From contig CAYLWT010000004.1 of the NCBI GenBank assembly GCA_964387705.1, forward strand, positions 4,242 through 68,241: 64,000 bases of DNA, in the 5' to 3' direction. The notes below the pieces were generated by a model, which made no database searches, was not told the origin of the DNA, and saw nothing but the letters and a program-made list of their open reading frames with translations. This stretch comes from an uncultured Christensenella sp. Lineage in GTDB: Bacteria; Bacillota; Clostridia; Christensenellales; UBA1242. Positions 30,092 to 40,079 of the stretch are shown in pieces; position 1 is the first letter of the stretch; each line of letters begins with the position of its first letter. Both the position numbers and the translations under genes were made by a program.

Positions 30092-30220
30092 ACAATCAAA
30101 AAACAACAATAGACAAAAAAACTAAATTTTCCCTTTGACTTTGCAAACAATTATGTAATAATGGCAACGTCAAGCACAAGTTTTGACAGATATTATTGAC
30201 ATAAAAAGGAAATTTTTAAA

Positions 30221-31192
30221 ATGAATTTGATAAAAAAATCATCTAAAATATTAGAAAAAACGAATGTAATTCCTGTGTTTTTTGCAACTGACGACAACTA
30301 TGCCCCACTGCTTGCTGTGGCGGTGTATTCGCTTGTAAAATACTCTTCTCCAAAAAATCAATACAATATTTATGTGTTGAACACGGGACTTTCTGAAGAA
30401 AGCGTTAAGTCAATTTCAAAATTTGAATGCAAGAATGTTTCCATACAATTTATAAATGTTGAAGAATACTTGCAATCAGTTTTGTCAAAACTTCACACGA
30501 GAGATTATTACACTGTCAGCACCTACTATAGACTTTTCATTCCACGTATGTTTCCTCAATATGAAAAAGTTTTGTATCTTGATTCTGACATCATTATTCT
30601 TGATGACATTGCAAATCTTTACAATGTGGACATCAAAAACAATTTTTTGGGAGCGGTGTCAGACCAAGCAGTTGGAAATGTGTATGAATTTGTGCAATAT
30701 TCCAACCAATATCTTGGGATTTGTGAAAAAATGTATTTTAATGCTGGCATTCTCATTATGAATCTTAAAGAACTTAGAAACGACGGATTTGAGGACAAAT
30801 TTGTTGACCTTTTGAATAAAATTAAATTTACTGTGGCACAAGACCAAGATTATCTTAATGTCATTTGTAAAGATAAGGTTCACTATCTTCCTCTCCGTTG
30901 GAATAGAACGCCGTTTGGCAAATGCAGTGATGACGAGGACAATGGCATTGTCCACTTCTTCCTAAGTTACAAGCCATGGCACTATGACAATGTTCCTTTC
31001 GAAAAACAATTTTGGGCACTCACTCGAGAGGCGGGTTTCTTTGACAAAATTCTTGAAATGAAATGCAAATATTCCGACAAAAATAAGCAAAAAGACGTTG
31101 AAGGTTATGAAAGATTGAAAAAGACCGCTTTTGAACAAGCAAATTCACTCAATCCCTTTTGCAAAATGGAATTCGCCAAAGTAACAATTTAA
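30221..31192 (+). CDS. Glycosyltransferase family 8
   Basis: IPVFFATDDNY, TYYRLFIP, KVLYLDSD (DxD), YFNAG, DQDYLN and HFFLSYKPW motifs. Confidence 0.92.
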   Translation: MNLIKKSSKILEKTNVIPVFFATDDNYAPLLAVAVYSLVKYSSPKNQYNIYVLNTGLSEESVKSISKFECKNVSIQFINVEEYLQSVLSKLHTRDYYTVSTYYRLFIPRMFPQYEKVLYLDSDIIILDDIANLYNVDIKNNFLGAVSDQAVGNVYEFVQYSNQYLGICEKMYFNAGILIMNLKELRNDGFEDKFVDLLNKIKFTVAQDQDYLNVICKDKVHYLPLRWNRTPFGKCSDDEDNGIVHFFLSYKPWHYDNVPFEKQFWALTREAGFFDKILEMKCKYSDKNKQKDVEGYERLKKTAFEQANSLNPFCKMEFAKVTI

Positions 31193-31198
31193 TTTTCA

Positions 31199-31234
31199 AA
31201 ATGCAACAGGTCATCCCTTGTTGCATTTGTTTTT
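31199..31234 (+). terminator. Intrinsic terminator after GT8
   Basis: aaatgcaacagg-tcatc-cct-tgttgcattt followed by gttttt. A new promoter TTGCAA-16-TATAAT lies at 31247-31274. Confidence 0.7.
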
Positions 31235-31298
31235 GTGCCATTTTAATTGCAAAATATTTTTAAAGAGATATAATAAACATATATAAAAGGTGAAGATT

Positions 31299-32138
31299 AT
31301 GGGACTTAACGAAGATAGAAAAAAAATTGTTGAAAAAATTGAACAGTATGAACGAGAGGAAAAGTGGGATGTTGATGTTGAGGATGACCCTCCTGCCCCA
31401 CAACTTTTACCAAACAAAGTGGACTATTTGAACAAAAAACTTTCTAGCAAATTTGGGACATGGATTGCGAACAAAGTTGCAGTTAAATATTTTGACAAGG
31501 AAATTAAACAAGGGCGACTTATTATCGATAAAGTTGTTGGTATGGAAAACTATGACAAAGTTGCAGATTTGGGTGTTGTAATAACTTGCAACCACTTTAA
31601 TGTTTATGACAATTATGTTGTATTCAAAGCCCTTCAAAAAAAACTTGGGAAAAGGAGACTTTACAAGGTTATTCGTGAAGGAAATTTCACCAACTTCCCC
31701 GGGATTTTTGGATATATGTTTAAGCATTGCAACACTCTTCCCTTAAGTAGCAATTATGAAACAATGAAATTGTTTATGAATGCAACCAAAACCCTTTTAA
31801 ATCGTGGCGAGAAAATTTTGATATATCCAGAACAAGCAATGTGGTGGAACTATAAAAAACCAAGGCCACTTAAATCGGGAGCTTTTAAAATTGCCGTATC
31901 CGCTGGGGCTCCAATTTTGCCATGTTTTATCACGATGACTGACAGTGACAAAGAATCTCCTGACGGCTCAATGTATCAACGATACACCTTACACATATTA
32001 CCGGCAATTTTCCCTGACAAGACAAAACCTGCAAAAGAACAATCTCAAGAGTTGTCTATGCAAAATTATGAAATGTGGAAAATTGTTTATGAAAAAACTT
32101 ACGGAATAAAACTTGAATATGCAAAAAAAGGAGATTGA
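31299..32138 (+). CDS. Lysophospholipid/PlsC-type acyltransferase
   Basis: NHFNVYD (HX4D) and LIYPEQ motifs. Start moved to ATG 31299 (RBS AGGTGA). Confidence 0.85.
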   Translation: MGLNEDRKKIVEKIEQYEREEKWDVDVEDDPPAPQLLPNKVDYLNKKLSSKFGTWIANKVAVKYFDKEIKQGRLIIDKVVGMENYDKVADLGVVITCNHFNVYDNYVVFKALQKKLGKRRLYKVIREGNFTNFPGIFGYMFKHCNTLPLSSNYETMKLFMNATKTLLNRGEKILIYPEQAMWWNYKKPRPLKSGAFKIAVSAGAPILPCFITMTDSDKESPDGSMYQRYTLHILPAIFPDKTKPAKEQSQELSMQNYEMWKIVYEKTYGIKLEYAKKGD

Positions 32139-32168
32139 CAAATCTCTTTTTTTTGATACAATAAAAGT

Positions 32169-32612
32169 ATGGAAACAAAATTTTTTGCACAATGCGAACA
32201 ATTCCCAAATTTATATTTGGATGTTAATTATGATAATGAAGATTCTTTTTACAAAGCGACTGCTATGTCTATGCAAAATGAAGAAATGGGATATATAACA
32301 TACAAATTTATCCCAGAAGAAAGACTTGCTTGGCTTTGTAAAATTGAAACTTATGAAAATTTTCAACACCGGGGGGTCGCAACTGCCCTGCTTGCATTTT
32401 TTGAACAAGAAGCCCTCTCCAAAAGATATCGCAATGTTGAAGGAAAATATTACCCAAGCAACAAATTTGCAAAACCATTTTATGAAAAGATGGGATATGC
32501 CATAGAACGAGAAGGATATGGACAATTTGTTGGCAAATATCTTAGCCAAGAAAGGGATATCCGCTTTGAGATAACGCAAAATTTGCCAAATGAAGAAATG
32601 TCAACAAAATAA
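32169..32612 (+). CDS. GNAT family N-acetyltransferase
   Basis: IETYENFQHRGVATALL (motif A) and AKPFYEKMGY (motif B). Confidence 0.85.
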   Translation: METKFFAQCEQFPNLYLDVNYDNEDSFYKATAMSMQNEEMGYITYKFIPEERLAWLCKIETYENFQHRGVATALLAFFEQEALSKRYRNVEGKYYPSNKFAKPFYEKMGYAIEREGYGQFVGKYLSQERDIRFEITQNLPNEEMSTK

Positions 32613-32625
32613 AATTTAATCATCA

Positions 32626-32655
32626 AAAAAGGTCAGAGATTTCTCTGACCTTTTT
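32626..32655. terminator. Bidirectional terminator shared by the GNAT gene and tRNA-Asn
   Basis: aaaaa-ggtcagag-attt-ctctgacc-ttttt, abutting the tRNA CCA end. Confidence 0.9.
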
Positions 32656-32729
32656 GGCTCCCCGGGTCCGGCTCGAACGGACAACCTATCGGTTAACAGC
32701 CGAGTGCTCCACCATTGAGCTACCGAGGA
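32655..32729 (-). tRNA. tRNA-Asn (GTT)
   Basis: Minus strand TCCTCGGTAGCTCAATGGTGGAGCACTCGGCTGTTAACCGATAGGTTGTCCGTTCGAGCCGGACCCGGGGAGCCA folds into a cloverleaf with GTT anticodon and encoded CCA. Confidence 0.97.
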
Positions 32730-32769
32730 ATATTCTTGCAATGCGAAAACAATTTCTCAATGCTCATAT

Positions 32770-32798
32770 ATAATAACAAAAGCATTTTGAATTGTCAA
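32770..32798 (-). promoter_or_regulatory. tRNA-Asn promoter
   Basis: TTGACA-17-TATTAT with TG extension on the minus strand. Confidence 0.8.
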
Positions 32799-32993
32799 CA
32801 AATATTTCAAAGTTTTTCAAAAAAATTGTCATTTTTTATTCTCTTTTTTCATATTTAAAGTCCAATAAACAAAATTCTCTTTCATTTTTATAGTTTTACA
32901 ACAAAAATGTTATAACATTTTGACGTAAGAAACGACTCAAAATCTCATTTTTATGCGATTACGCTTAAAACAAGATACCCCTTCCCCTCGAAT

Positions 32994-34769
32994 TCATTTT
33001 GCCAATTTGCTAAATTGTTTTAATTTTTCGTTAAGGTAACCGAATGCGACGTCAAATGGTTCTGATGTGGAAAAATCTACTTTTACAATTTTGAGGAGTT
33101 CTGTTGGGCTGTTGGTGCAACCTGAACTTAAAAATTTTTTGTAATCGTCAACAGTTATTTTGCCCGACTTTAAATTTTCCACAATATTTATTGCAGAAAT
33201 TTCACCCGTTGCATACTTATATACATAAAAAGCATTGAAAAAATGCGGGATGCGACTCCATTCATATTGAACTTCTGACAAAATTTTGACACCTTTCCCA
33301 AAAAATTTTTTAACAAGGTCAAGATATGTTTTATTTAAGACTTTTGATGAAATTTCTTCGTTATTTTCTACTTTTGAGTGAATTTGACTTTCAAAATCCG
33401 CGAACATTGTTTGTCTAAAAACCGTTGCATGAAAGTTGGATAAAAATTCGTTTAAATAAAACATTTTTTCCTTGTTCGTTTGGGCCGTCTCGCTCATAAA
33501 TTCATTAAGCAAAGTCTCATTTACTGTGCTGGCAATTTCAGCTAGAAATATAGTATAGTCTGCATTTGCAACACTTTGGGCAGAGTCGGAATACACACTA
33601 TGCATTGCATGTCCCAATTCATGAGCCAAAGTGGACACATCATTAAAACTTCCAACAAAATTTGTCAACACTCGAGGAGTCTTTTGGGCGGCCATTGTTT
33701 GATAAGCTCCGCCAACTTTATTTTCACTTGGGAAAACATCAATCATTTGGTTTTGAGCCATATATTTGATATGCTCAACATAATCTTCTCCCAAAAGTCC
33801 CAATCCCCTACACACAAGAGCCAGCGCTTCCTCATATGTCCACTTTGCTTTAAGTTTTGAAGGGTTGTAATATACATCTGCCAAACTGAAAGTTTTTAAG
33901 CCCAAAAGTTTTTTCTTTATTGCGAAATATTTATGCTCCAAGGGAAGAAATTTTTCAACATTTTTCAATAAATTTTTATACACATCACTTGACACATCTT
34001 CATAAAACAATGCACAATCTAAAGCGCTATCAAAATTTTTTGCTCTGGCATAAAAAATGTCTTTTTTGACGCTTCCGAGATAATTTGATGTAAGAAAATT
34101 GTTGTATCTGCCATATGCACCTTGAAGCTCTTTATATGCATTTTGCCTCAAAGTCGGGTCACCGCTTCTTAAATACTCGCTGGCAAGACTTTGACTCATT
34201 TGATGAGTTTTCCCTTTGCCATCTTTTATATCTTTAAATTTCAAATCGCCATCATCAAAATTGGAGTGATTTTGTGAAAAATCACCCGTAAAACTTGACA
34301 CAAGTGACAAAATTTTTTCGCAAGGTTCTGAAAGTGTATGTGGTTTTTCTCGGAGAATATCCTTTAAAATTTTCGAATAATTAGCGAATTTCTTGTTGTT
34401 TAGAAGTGAAGTTAAAAAACTATCGTCTAATTTTGAAAGTTGTGGCATAGAAAAAGACAATGCGACCCCATATTCTGTGAACAAATTCTCAAGTTTATTT
34501 TGTCTTGCTTGCGAAATATTGTTGGCGACATCAACATCTCTTTTACAATGAGAATAAACATATAATGCTTGAAGTTGAATGTTGCATTTTTCCGAAAGTT
34601 TGAGAAATTTTAGGATATTCCCTTCATCAGTTAACTTATTGTCGAACGATTTGAGTTTCGGAATTTGTTTTTGCATATCTAAAAATGCATCATTCCACTT
34701 TTCATCATTTTCAAAATAATCTCTAAAATCCCATTTATATTTTACATCTATTTCTTCTCGTTTTTTCAT
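32994..34769 (-). CDS. pepF: Oligoendopeptidase F (M3B)
   Basis: TLAHELGHAMH zinc motif, FLAEIAS, QYEWSRIPHF and YVYKYATG; 591 aa. Confidence 0.95.
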   Translation of the reverse strand: MKKREEIDVKYKWDFRDYFENDEKWNDAFLDMQKQIPKLKSFDNKLTDEGNILKFLKLSEKCNIQLQALYVYSHCKRDVDVANNISQARQNKLENLFTEYGVALSFSMPQLSKLDDSFLTSLLNNKKFANYSKILKDILREKPHTLSEPCEKILSLVSSFTGDFSQNHSNFDDGDLKFKDIKDGKGKTHQMSQSLASEYLRSGDPTLRQNAYKELQGAYGRYNNFLTSNYLGSVKKDIFYARAKNFDSALDCALFYEDVSSDVYKNLLKNVEKFLPLEHKYFAIKKKLLGLKTFSLADVYYNPSKLKAKWTYEEALALVCRGLGLLGEDYVEHIKYMAQNQMIDVFPSENKVGGAYQTMAAQKTPRVLTNFVGSFNDVSTLAHELGHAMHSVYSDSAQSVANADYTIFLAEIASTVNETLLNEFMSETAQTNKEKMFYLNEFLSNFHATVFRQTMFADFESQIHSKVENNEEISSKVLNKTYLDLVKKFFGKGVKILSEVQYEWSRIPHFFNAFYVYKYATGEISAINIVENLKSGKITVDDYKKFLSSGCTNSPTELLKIVKVDFSTSEPFDVAFGYLNEKLKQFSKLAK

Positions 34770-34778
34770 ATTTTCTCC

Positions 34779-35741
34779 TTAAAACAAATTGATGACAAAA
34801 CCAAGCAAACTTCCAAGAACAAACAGCAACCCAATAATGAGCAAGTTTTGTTTTACATTTTTGTTTAGTTTGAAAAGCACAACAGTTGCAATCCCACAAT
34901 TTACGCAAAGGCCTGCAATGCACGAGCCCAGTGAGATTATTCCATTCATAAACAAGTCTGTTATTGCAATTGATGAAGCACAATTTGGAATCATTCCCAC
35001 AAGCGCTACCAAAATTGGTTGAAAAACACCAGTTGAGGTCATAAAGTTTTGAATAGAATCTTCGCCAACGAACATAACAAGAAGCCCTATTATTATATTC
35101 ATCACAAGAACAAACGCAAAAATCTTAAGCGAGTGCAAAAGTGGATGCACAAGAATTTCTTTCCATTTGCTGTGATTTTTTTCAAGTTCATGATGGCAAC
35201 AACCATGAATTTCATGCATGGAGTGTTCTTCATTATGCTCATTTTCATTCGAATTTTTCTCATTTTCATCACATTCTGAAAGATTTTTGTTTGTGACTAA
35301 ATTTTCTGTCGCAAAATTTTGTGAATTATTTTTATTCAAACACCTAACAATCATATCCACCACAAGTCCAACCAAAACGGCATACACAAATTTTATCCCC
35401 AAAATTAAAAACAAATTGGGATATTGTTCAGGTTGAGTAAGAAGCAGTGGCACCGCTTCATCTGAAGTCGCGATAAAAATTGCCATAAGAGACCCCATCG
35501 TTATTATCTTCTTGCTGAACAAATCCGTGGCGACAACAGAAAAACCACATTGAGGAATAAGCCCAAATCCCGCCCCCGCAATAGGAGCAAATTTGCTTTT
35601 TAGAAAATTTGATGATTGATATTTCACCAAAATTTTTTCTTCCAAAAGCTCAATAAGCATGTAGCAAACAAAAATTATCGGCAAAAGTTTTGCCGAGTCT
35701 ATAAGTGCATCTAATAAAACTTCTAATATTTCTTTAAACAT
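34779..35741 (-). CDS. Putative metal (manganese/arsenic efflux-type) transporter with His-rich loop
   Basis: GLIPQCGFSV, ATSDEA and GMIPNCASS motifs; loop NEHNEEHSMHEIHGCCHHE. Confidence 0.75.
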   Translation of the reverse strand: MFKEILEVLLDALIDSAKLLPIIFVCYMLIELLEEKILVKYQSSNFLKSKFAPIAGAGFGLIPQCGFSVVATDLFSKKIITMGSLMAIFIATSDEAVPLLLTQPEQYPNLFLILGIKFVYAVLVGLVVDMIVRCLNKNNSQNFATENLVTNKNLSECDENEKNSNENEHNEEHSMHEIHGCCHHELEKNHSKWKEILVHPLLHSLKIFAFVLVMNIIIGLLVMFVGEDSIQNFMTSTGVFQPILVALVGMIPNCASSIAITDLFMNGIISLGSCIAGLCVNCGIATVVLFKLNKNVKQNLLIIGLLFVLGSLLGFVINLF

Positions 35742-35826
35742 ATTTAAATTTTACTACAATATCTTAAAATAGTAAAGAAAAAAAATGGGACTAGACAAGT
35801 TACGACAAAAAATGTATAATTGAGAT
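35742..35826. promoter_or_regulatory. Back-to-back sigma-A promoters, each ending 6 nt before an ATG
   Basis: Plus strand TAGACA(35792)-17-TATAAT(35815)-6-ATG. Minus strand TTTACT(35776)-17-TAAAAT(35753)-6-ATG. Confidence 0.75.
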
Positions 35827-36813
35827 ATGAAACAGAAATATTTTAAAAAATCTATGCTAGAGCAAATAAAAAGCAAATTTTCACACGAATTTTTGTTCGA
35901 AATAATTGTTTTGCCACCCATTTTTAAACGTTATCCACTGTTTTTTCAGTTAATGTTCCCCATTTGCGAAAAGAAAAACAATGGTTTTTCTCGCCCAGTG
36001 GGGATTGCAAGAATTGACAATTTTGGCATAACAAAACTTATAAAACTAGATAACCAAGATTTTTTCACAAATCGTGATTTTGGGCAAAAATATTATTTCA
36101 AAAAAGATGTGGAGTTTTTAAAAGTTGCATTGGACAAACTTTTTACATGCCAGCCAACGCTTGCTCTTTTTGAAAATAAGGATTATCAAGCAAAATATCT
36201 ATCTACTTTAAAAACCCTGGTTGGAGAAGAATTTTTTAAGTTTTATCTTGAACTTGCATCAAACGAAATAAAACACACAGAACTACCCAAAGTTTTCCAT
36301 CAAGAAATAGAACAAAAAATTCAAACAACGCCTATTGAAAGTGATTTAAAATTGCAATTATCCAACTTTGTAAAAAAAGAAATTGTGCCAGAATTTTTTG
36401 GCAAAAGTGCTTATGTTAGAATTTGTTTTTATCAAAATTTTGGTGAAATGCTTTTAAAAAACTTTTCTGAAGAGCAATTGTCTATCAGCAAACTTAAATT
36501 TGAAACCACAAAGTGCTATGCAAAAGCAATGAACGAATTATCCAGCATTGATGGAGAAACAGATTTCTTATGCCGACTTATTTTGATTTGCCTAAACACA
36601 CTTCTCATCAAAGAAAAAGGTGAACTTTCACAAAATTACATTGATGAAATAAACGATTCAAAAACGATTTTTAACAATGAAATAAAGTTAGTAAAAGATG
36701 AAAAAACAAGGAAAAATCTTGAAAAAATTATGCACAGCATTGTAAAAGATTGTGAAAAAAGCATTTCTACAAGTGCCATTTTTGTGGGATATAAAAATGT
36801 TTTTTTACAATAA
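35827..36813 (+). CDS. Hypothetical protein (328 aa)
   Basis: Long ORF with a clear promoter; no motif recognised. Confidence 0.7.
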   Translation: MKQKYFKKSMLEQIKSKFSHEFLFEIIVLPPIFKRYPLFFQLMFPICEKKNNGFSRPVGIARIDNFGITKLIKLDNQDFFTNRDFGQKYYFKKDVEFLKVALDKLFTCQPTLALFENKDYQAKYLSTLKTLVGEEFFKFYLELASNEIKHTELPKVFHQEIEQKIQTTPIESDLKLQLSNFVKKEIVPEFFGKSAYVRICFYQNFGEMLLKNFSEEQLSISKLKFETTKCYAKAMNELSSIDGETDFLCRLILICLNTLLIKEKGELSQNYIDEINDSKTIFNNEIKLVKDEKTRKNLEKIMHSIVKDCEKSISTSAIFVGYKNVFLQ

Positions 36814-36837
36814 ATTTAAATGAAATTTGCTTGATTT

Positions 36838-37581
36838 TTAACTATTTTTGCTTTCTCTTTTTGCATCATTGTAGAAATCAAATGCTTTCATAATTTCCTC
36901 CAAATCTTCTTTTGGATTCAATGCTTCTTTCAGGTCAAATCCGCTATCTTCCTCCACCTCTTGAACCTTTAGAGGATATTTTTTTGGCTGTTCTTCAACA
37001 AGTTTGTTAAGTTCAAAAATACTATCTAACTTTTCCACATGTTTCGGATCTGCCTTTTTTACACTTTCCTTTGCCTCATTTTTTGTTGGAGCGAATGCTT
37101 CATGTTGCTCACTTGGAATCTTATTAAGCCCAATCATCTTTGTCAAAAGCCTTTTAACTGGGTCTCCGGAGGAACTTTCCATAAGATTTTGTTTTTGTTT
37201 TTGCACATTGTTTTCCAGTGAACTTCTGCAATCTTGAATCAATGCAAGCAACTCTTTTTTTACACTTCTTTCATTATAAATATTTTCATCTTTCAAAAGA
37301 TTTTCCATTTTTGTGTAAAGCAAATTTAATTTTTTTGTTTCTAGTTCGTAAATGTTTTTTGAACTATTTTCAATAAGTCTTGCTCTTTCCACGGCAGACA
37401 CCAACGAAGTCATAAGTTCATTATCACTATTAGATGTAATTTTTTCAAGTTGGTCCTTGAGATAAAAAATTCTATCCTTTTGTTCCGCCAGTCGCGATTC
37501 ATAATCATAAACCAATCGTTCAATATAGCTATCCACCTCAAGTTGGCTATACCCTTTCTTAATTATCTTAAAATTAGCCAT
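36838..37581 (-). CDS. DivIVA-domain coiled-coil protein
   Basis: N-terminal FKIIKKGYSQLEVDSYIE resembles the DivIVA F...RGY...EVD.FL motif, followed by coiled coil; RBS AAGGAGG. Confidence 0.65.
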   Translation of the reverse strand: MANFKIIKKGYSQLEVDSYIERLVYDYESRLAEQKDRIFYLKDQLEKITSNSDNELMTSLVSAVERARLIENSSKNIYELETKKLNLLYTKMENLLKDENIYNERSVKKELLALIQDCRSSLENNVQKQKQNLMESSSGDPVKRLLTKMIGLNKIPSEQHEAFAPTKNEAKESVKKADPKHVEKLDSIFELNKLVEEQPKKYPLKVQEVEEDSGFDLKEALNPKEDLEEIMKAFDFYNDAKRESKNS

Positions 37582-38353
37582 TTATAGCCTCCTTTTTGTG
37601 TGATTTTGTCAAAACCAAAACAAGCATAATACACCCAGTTATTACAAGCAACACGCTTAAAAGTTGTGAAGCTCTAAATGTACCCAACATTAAGCACTCA
37701 CTCGGATCCCTATACTGTTCCAAAATAGCTCTTATTGTGCCATAAAAAATGAAATATCCACTTGTAACAACGCCTGCATTTTTTACTTTTTCTGTCAAAA
37801 GCAAAAGCATCAAAACCCCAAGCAAATCTAATATGCTTTCATAAAAAAATGTTGCCAAGTGCCATACTCCACCAATTTGAACGCTTACCGGAAAAACTTT
37901 TAGATATTCAACAGTTGGCTCTATTCCATAACAACAACCTGCAAAATAACAACCGATTCTACCGATAGCCTGTCCCAAAAAAAGACAAGGTGCGCAGAGG
38001 TCGCAAGCTTGAAGCAAATTATATTTATGAATTTTGCAACAGAGCAAAACTCCAAGAAAACCGCCAATTACCCCACCATATATGGCAAGCCCACCATTCC
38101 AAACTTCAAATATTTGCCAAAAAGTTGAGACCCCATTTAAAGCACAATAATAAATCCTTGCTCCAACAATGGCACAAGGCAATGCATACAATGCAAGGTT
38201 TATGGGCATATTTGTGTCAATTGACTTTTTCCTACATATATAATAGGCACACAAAATACCTGCGACCATTCCAAAAGCGATCATTGTTCCATACCATGGA
38301 ATTTGAAGTCCAAACAAATTATAGGTTTGACCATTAAGCAACATTTCTCTCAT
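37574..38353 (-). CDS. lgt: Prolipoprotein diacylglyceryl transferase
   Basis: IPWYG, VGARIYY, WNGGLAIYGGVIGG, GQAIGRIGCYFAG, ATFFYES and YGTIRAILEQYR motifs. Confidence 0.95.
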   Translation of the reverse strand: MREMLLNGQTYNLFGLQIPWYGTMIAFGMVAGILCAYYICRKKSIDTNMPINLALYALPCAIVGARIYYCALNGVSTFWQIFEVWNGGLAIYGGVIGGFLGVLLCCKIHKYNLLQACDLCAPCLFLGQAIGRIGCYFAGCCYGIEPTVEYLKVFPVSVQIGGVWHLATFFYESILDLLGVLMLLLLTEKVKNAGVVTSGYFIFYGTIRAILEQYRDPSECLMLGTFRASQLLSVLLVITGCIMLVLVLTKSHKKEAING

Positions 38354-38415
38354 AGTATCTATTATATCCTATAATTGCACAAAAAGGAAATCTTTTTTTG
38401 TCCAAAAAACAAATT

Positions 38416-39681
38416 TTATTTCCTTTTTAAAACTACAAGACTTTCAATATGGAAGGTTTGTGGAAACATATCGAAGATTTCAAACGATTTAATCTCATAA
38501 TTTTTACTTAAAAAAACAATATTTTGTTTCAAAGTGTAAGGATTGCATGAAATCATAACAATTTTTTGTGGAAGCGTTCGCAAAATTATATCAAGAGTAT
38601 GCTTTCCAACTCCCATTCTTGGGGGGTCAAGCACAACTGTTGCGTCTTTATTTCGCAAAAGCAATTTTTCCATTTCAACATCACAATCGCCATTTATATT
38701 GTGTAAATTATTCAAATTATTAAGTTTTTTGGCATCATTTGCATCTTTTGTTGCATCTTTTTCAATTTCAATGGAAAAAACTTCTTTTGCACGCTTTGCC
38801 ATTATACAACTTAAAAGCCCTACCCCACTATACCCTTCAATTACAACATTGTCCGAAATTTCTTCCAAAACTTTGGAATACATTTTTAAAGCGACTTCAT
38901 CATTTATTTGGAAAAAAGATAATGGTCTTACAAAAGATTTTATTCCAAATCTCTCAAGCGGGATTTTTTCCTCACCATAAAAATGTTTACATTCTTTCCC
39001 CAAAATTTTGTTCTTTGACGGATTTATACTTACAAATAAGCCAAATTTATCACCAAATGAGCCTTTGAGAGTATCAATAAAATCCGTTAAAATTTTATAA
39101 TCAAATTCTCGTCTTGCTACAACACATATGCTCACATGTTCACCTATATTTCGCACCACAATATGGCAAATTTGACAATTTTTTGCATTTTTTAGCCACT
39201 TTTTTGCAATATTTAATACAATATTTATATTTTTGTTTGCAACAATGCAATTTGAGATTTCACAAATTTCATGTGAATTTGATTTTCTTAGCCCAATTTT
39301 ATCTTCAAGAACAGCAAAAGCAACCTTATTTCGGAATTCAAAACTTTTTGGACTTGCATTTGCTACAATCTCTCCAAAGAATAAACCTTTAAAATACTCT
39401 TTTATTATATTTTTCTTTATTTCAAGCCCTCTTTGAGAATTTACAAACATAAAGTCACACCCACCGCAATTCCCAACATATGGGCATTCTGGACATATGC
39501 GTAAGTGTGAAGGTGTGCAAATGTTTTTCGATAAGCCTTGCATAAAATTATTTTTTTCTTGTAAAATTTCTACTTCAACAATTTCGTCTGGGAGAACTCC
39601 ATTGACACACATTTTTTTGCCATCAACAAAACATTGTCCCTCTCCATTTATATTCAAACTTTCAATTTTAATTTTGTTCAT
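38416..39681 (-). CDS. rlmD: 23S rRNA (uracil-5)-methyltransferase RlmD/RumA family
   Basis: CP...CGGC Fe-S motif, SFFQIN, YSGVG, VLDPPRMG, ISCNP and DMFPQTFHIE motifs. Confidence 0.9.
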   Translation of the reverse strand: MNKIKIESLNINGEGQCFVDGKKMCVNGVLPDEIVEVEILQEKNNFMQGLSKNICTPSHLRICPECPYVGNCGGCDFMFVNSQRGLEIKKNIIKEYFKGLFFGEIVANASPKSFEFRNKVAFAVLEDKIGLRKSNSHEICEISNCIVANKNINIVLNIAKKWLKNAKNCQICHIVVRNIGEHVSICVVARREFDYKILTDFIDTLKGSFGDKFGLFVSINPSKNKILGKECKHFYGEEKIPLERFGIKSFVRPLSFFQINDEVALKMYSKVLEEISDNVVIEGYSGVGLLSCIMAKRAKEVFSIEIEKDATKDANDAKKLNNLNNLHNINGDCDVEMEKLLLRNKDATVVLDPPRMGVGKHTLDIILRTLPQKIVMISCNPYTLKQNIVFLSKNYEIKSFEIFDMFPQTFHIESLVVLKRK

Positions 39682-39734
39682 ATGAACATATTAACACATA
39701 ACGACAATTTTTGCAAATATGTTAATTAAGATTG

Positions 39735-40079
39735 TCAAATAACCCCCAAACTTATCATCATTGCCCTGTTAATTTCGTTCATTTTATATTCGCTAAGTTC
39801 CCCTATTTTCCCACGCAATCGCGATTTATCTATCGTTCTAATTTGCTCAAGTAAAACCACTGAATCCTTTTCAAGTCCATACTCCTTTGATGATAGTTCT
39901 ATGTGCGTGGGAATTCGAGATTTGTTAAGTCTACTCGTAATTGCTGCTGCTATAACTGTTGGGCTGTATTTGTTCCCAATGTCATTTTGAACGACAAGCA
40001 CTGGCCGCAATCCTCCCTGCTCACTTCCGACAACTGGACTTAAATCGGCATAATAAAGTTCCCCTCTTTTAACAATCAT
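39735..40079 (-). CDS. ndoA: PemK/MazF family toxin (EndoA-type mRNA interferase)
   Basis: [39 protein letters not shown]...[10 protein letters not shown] is a close match to EndoA. Confidence 0.95.
   Translation of the reverse strand: MIVKRGELYYADLSPVVGSEQGGLRPVLVVQNDIGNKYSPTVIAAAITSRLNKSRIPTHIELSSKEYGLEKDSVVLLEQIRTIDKSRLRGKIGELSEYKMNEINRAMMISLGVI

Noticed and set aside
32655-32729. tRNA-Asn as an integration site for the T4SS cluster
   Set aside because: It lies about 17 kb away with housekeeping genes in between. I saw no duplicated tRNA 3' end and no integrase.
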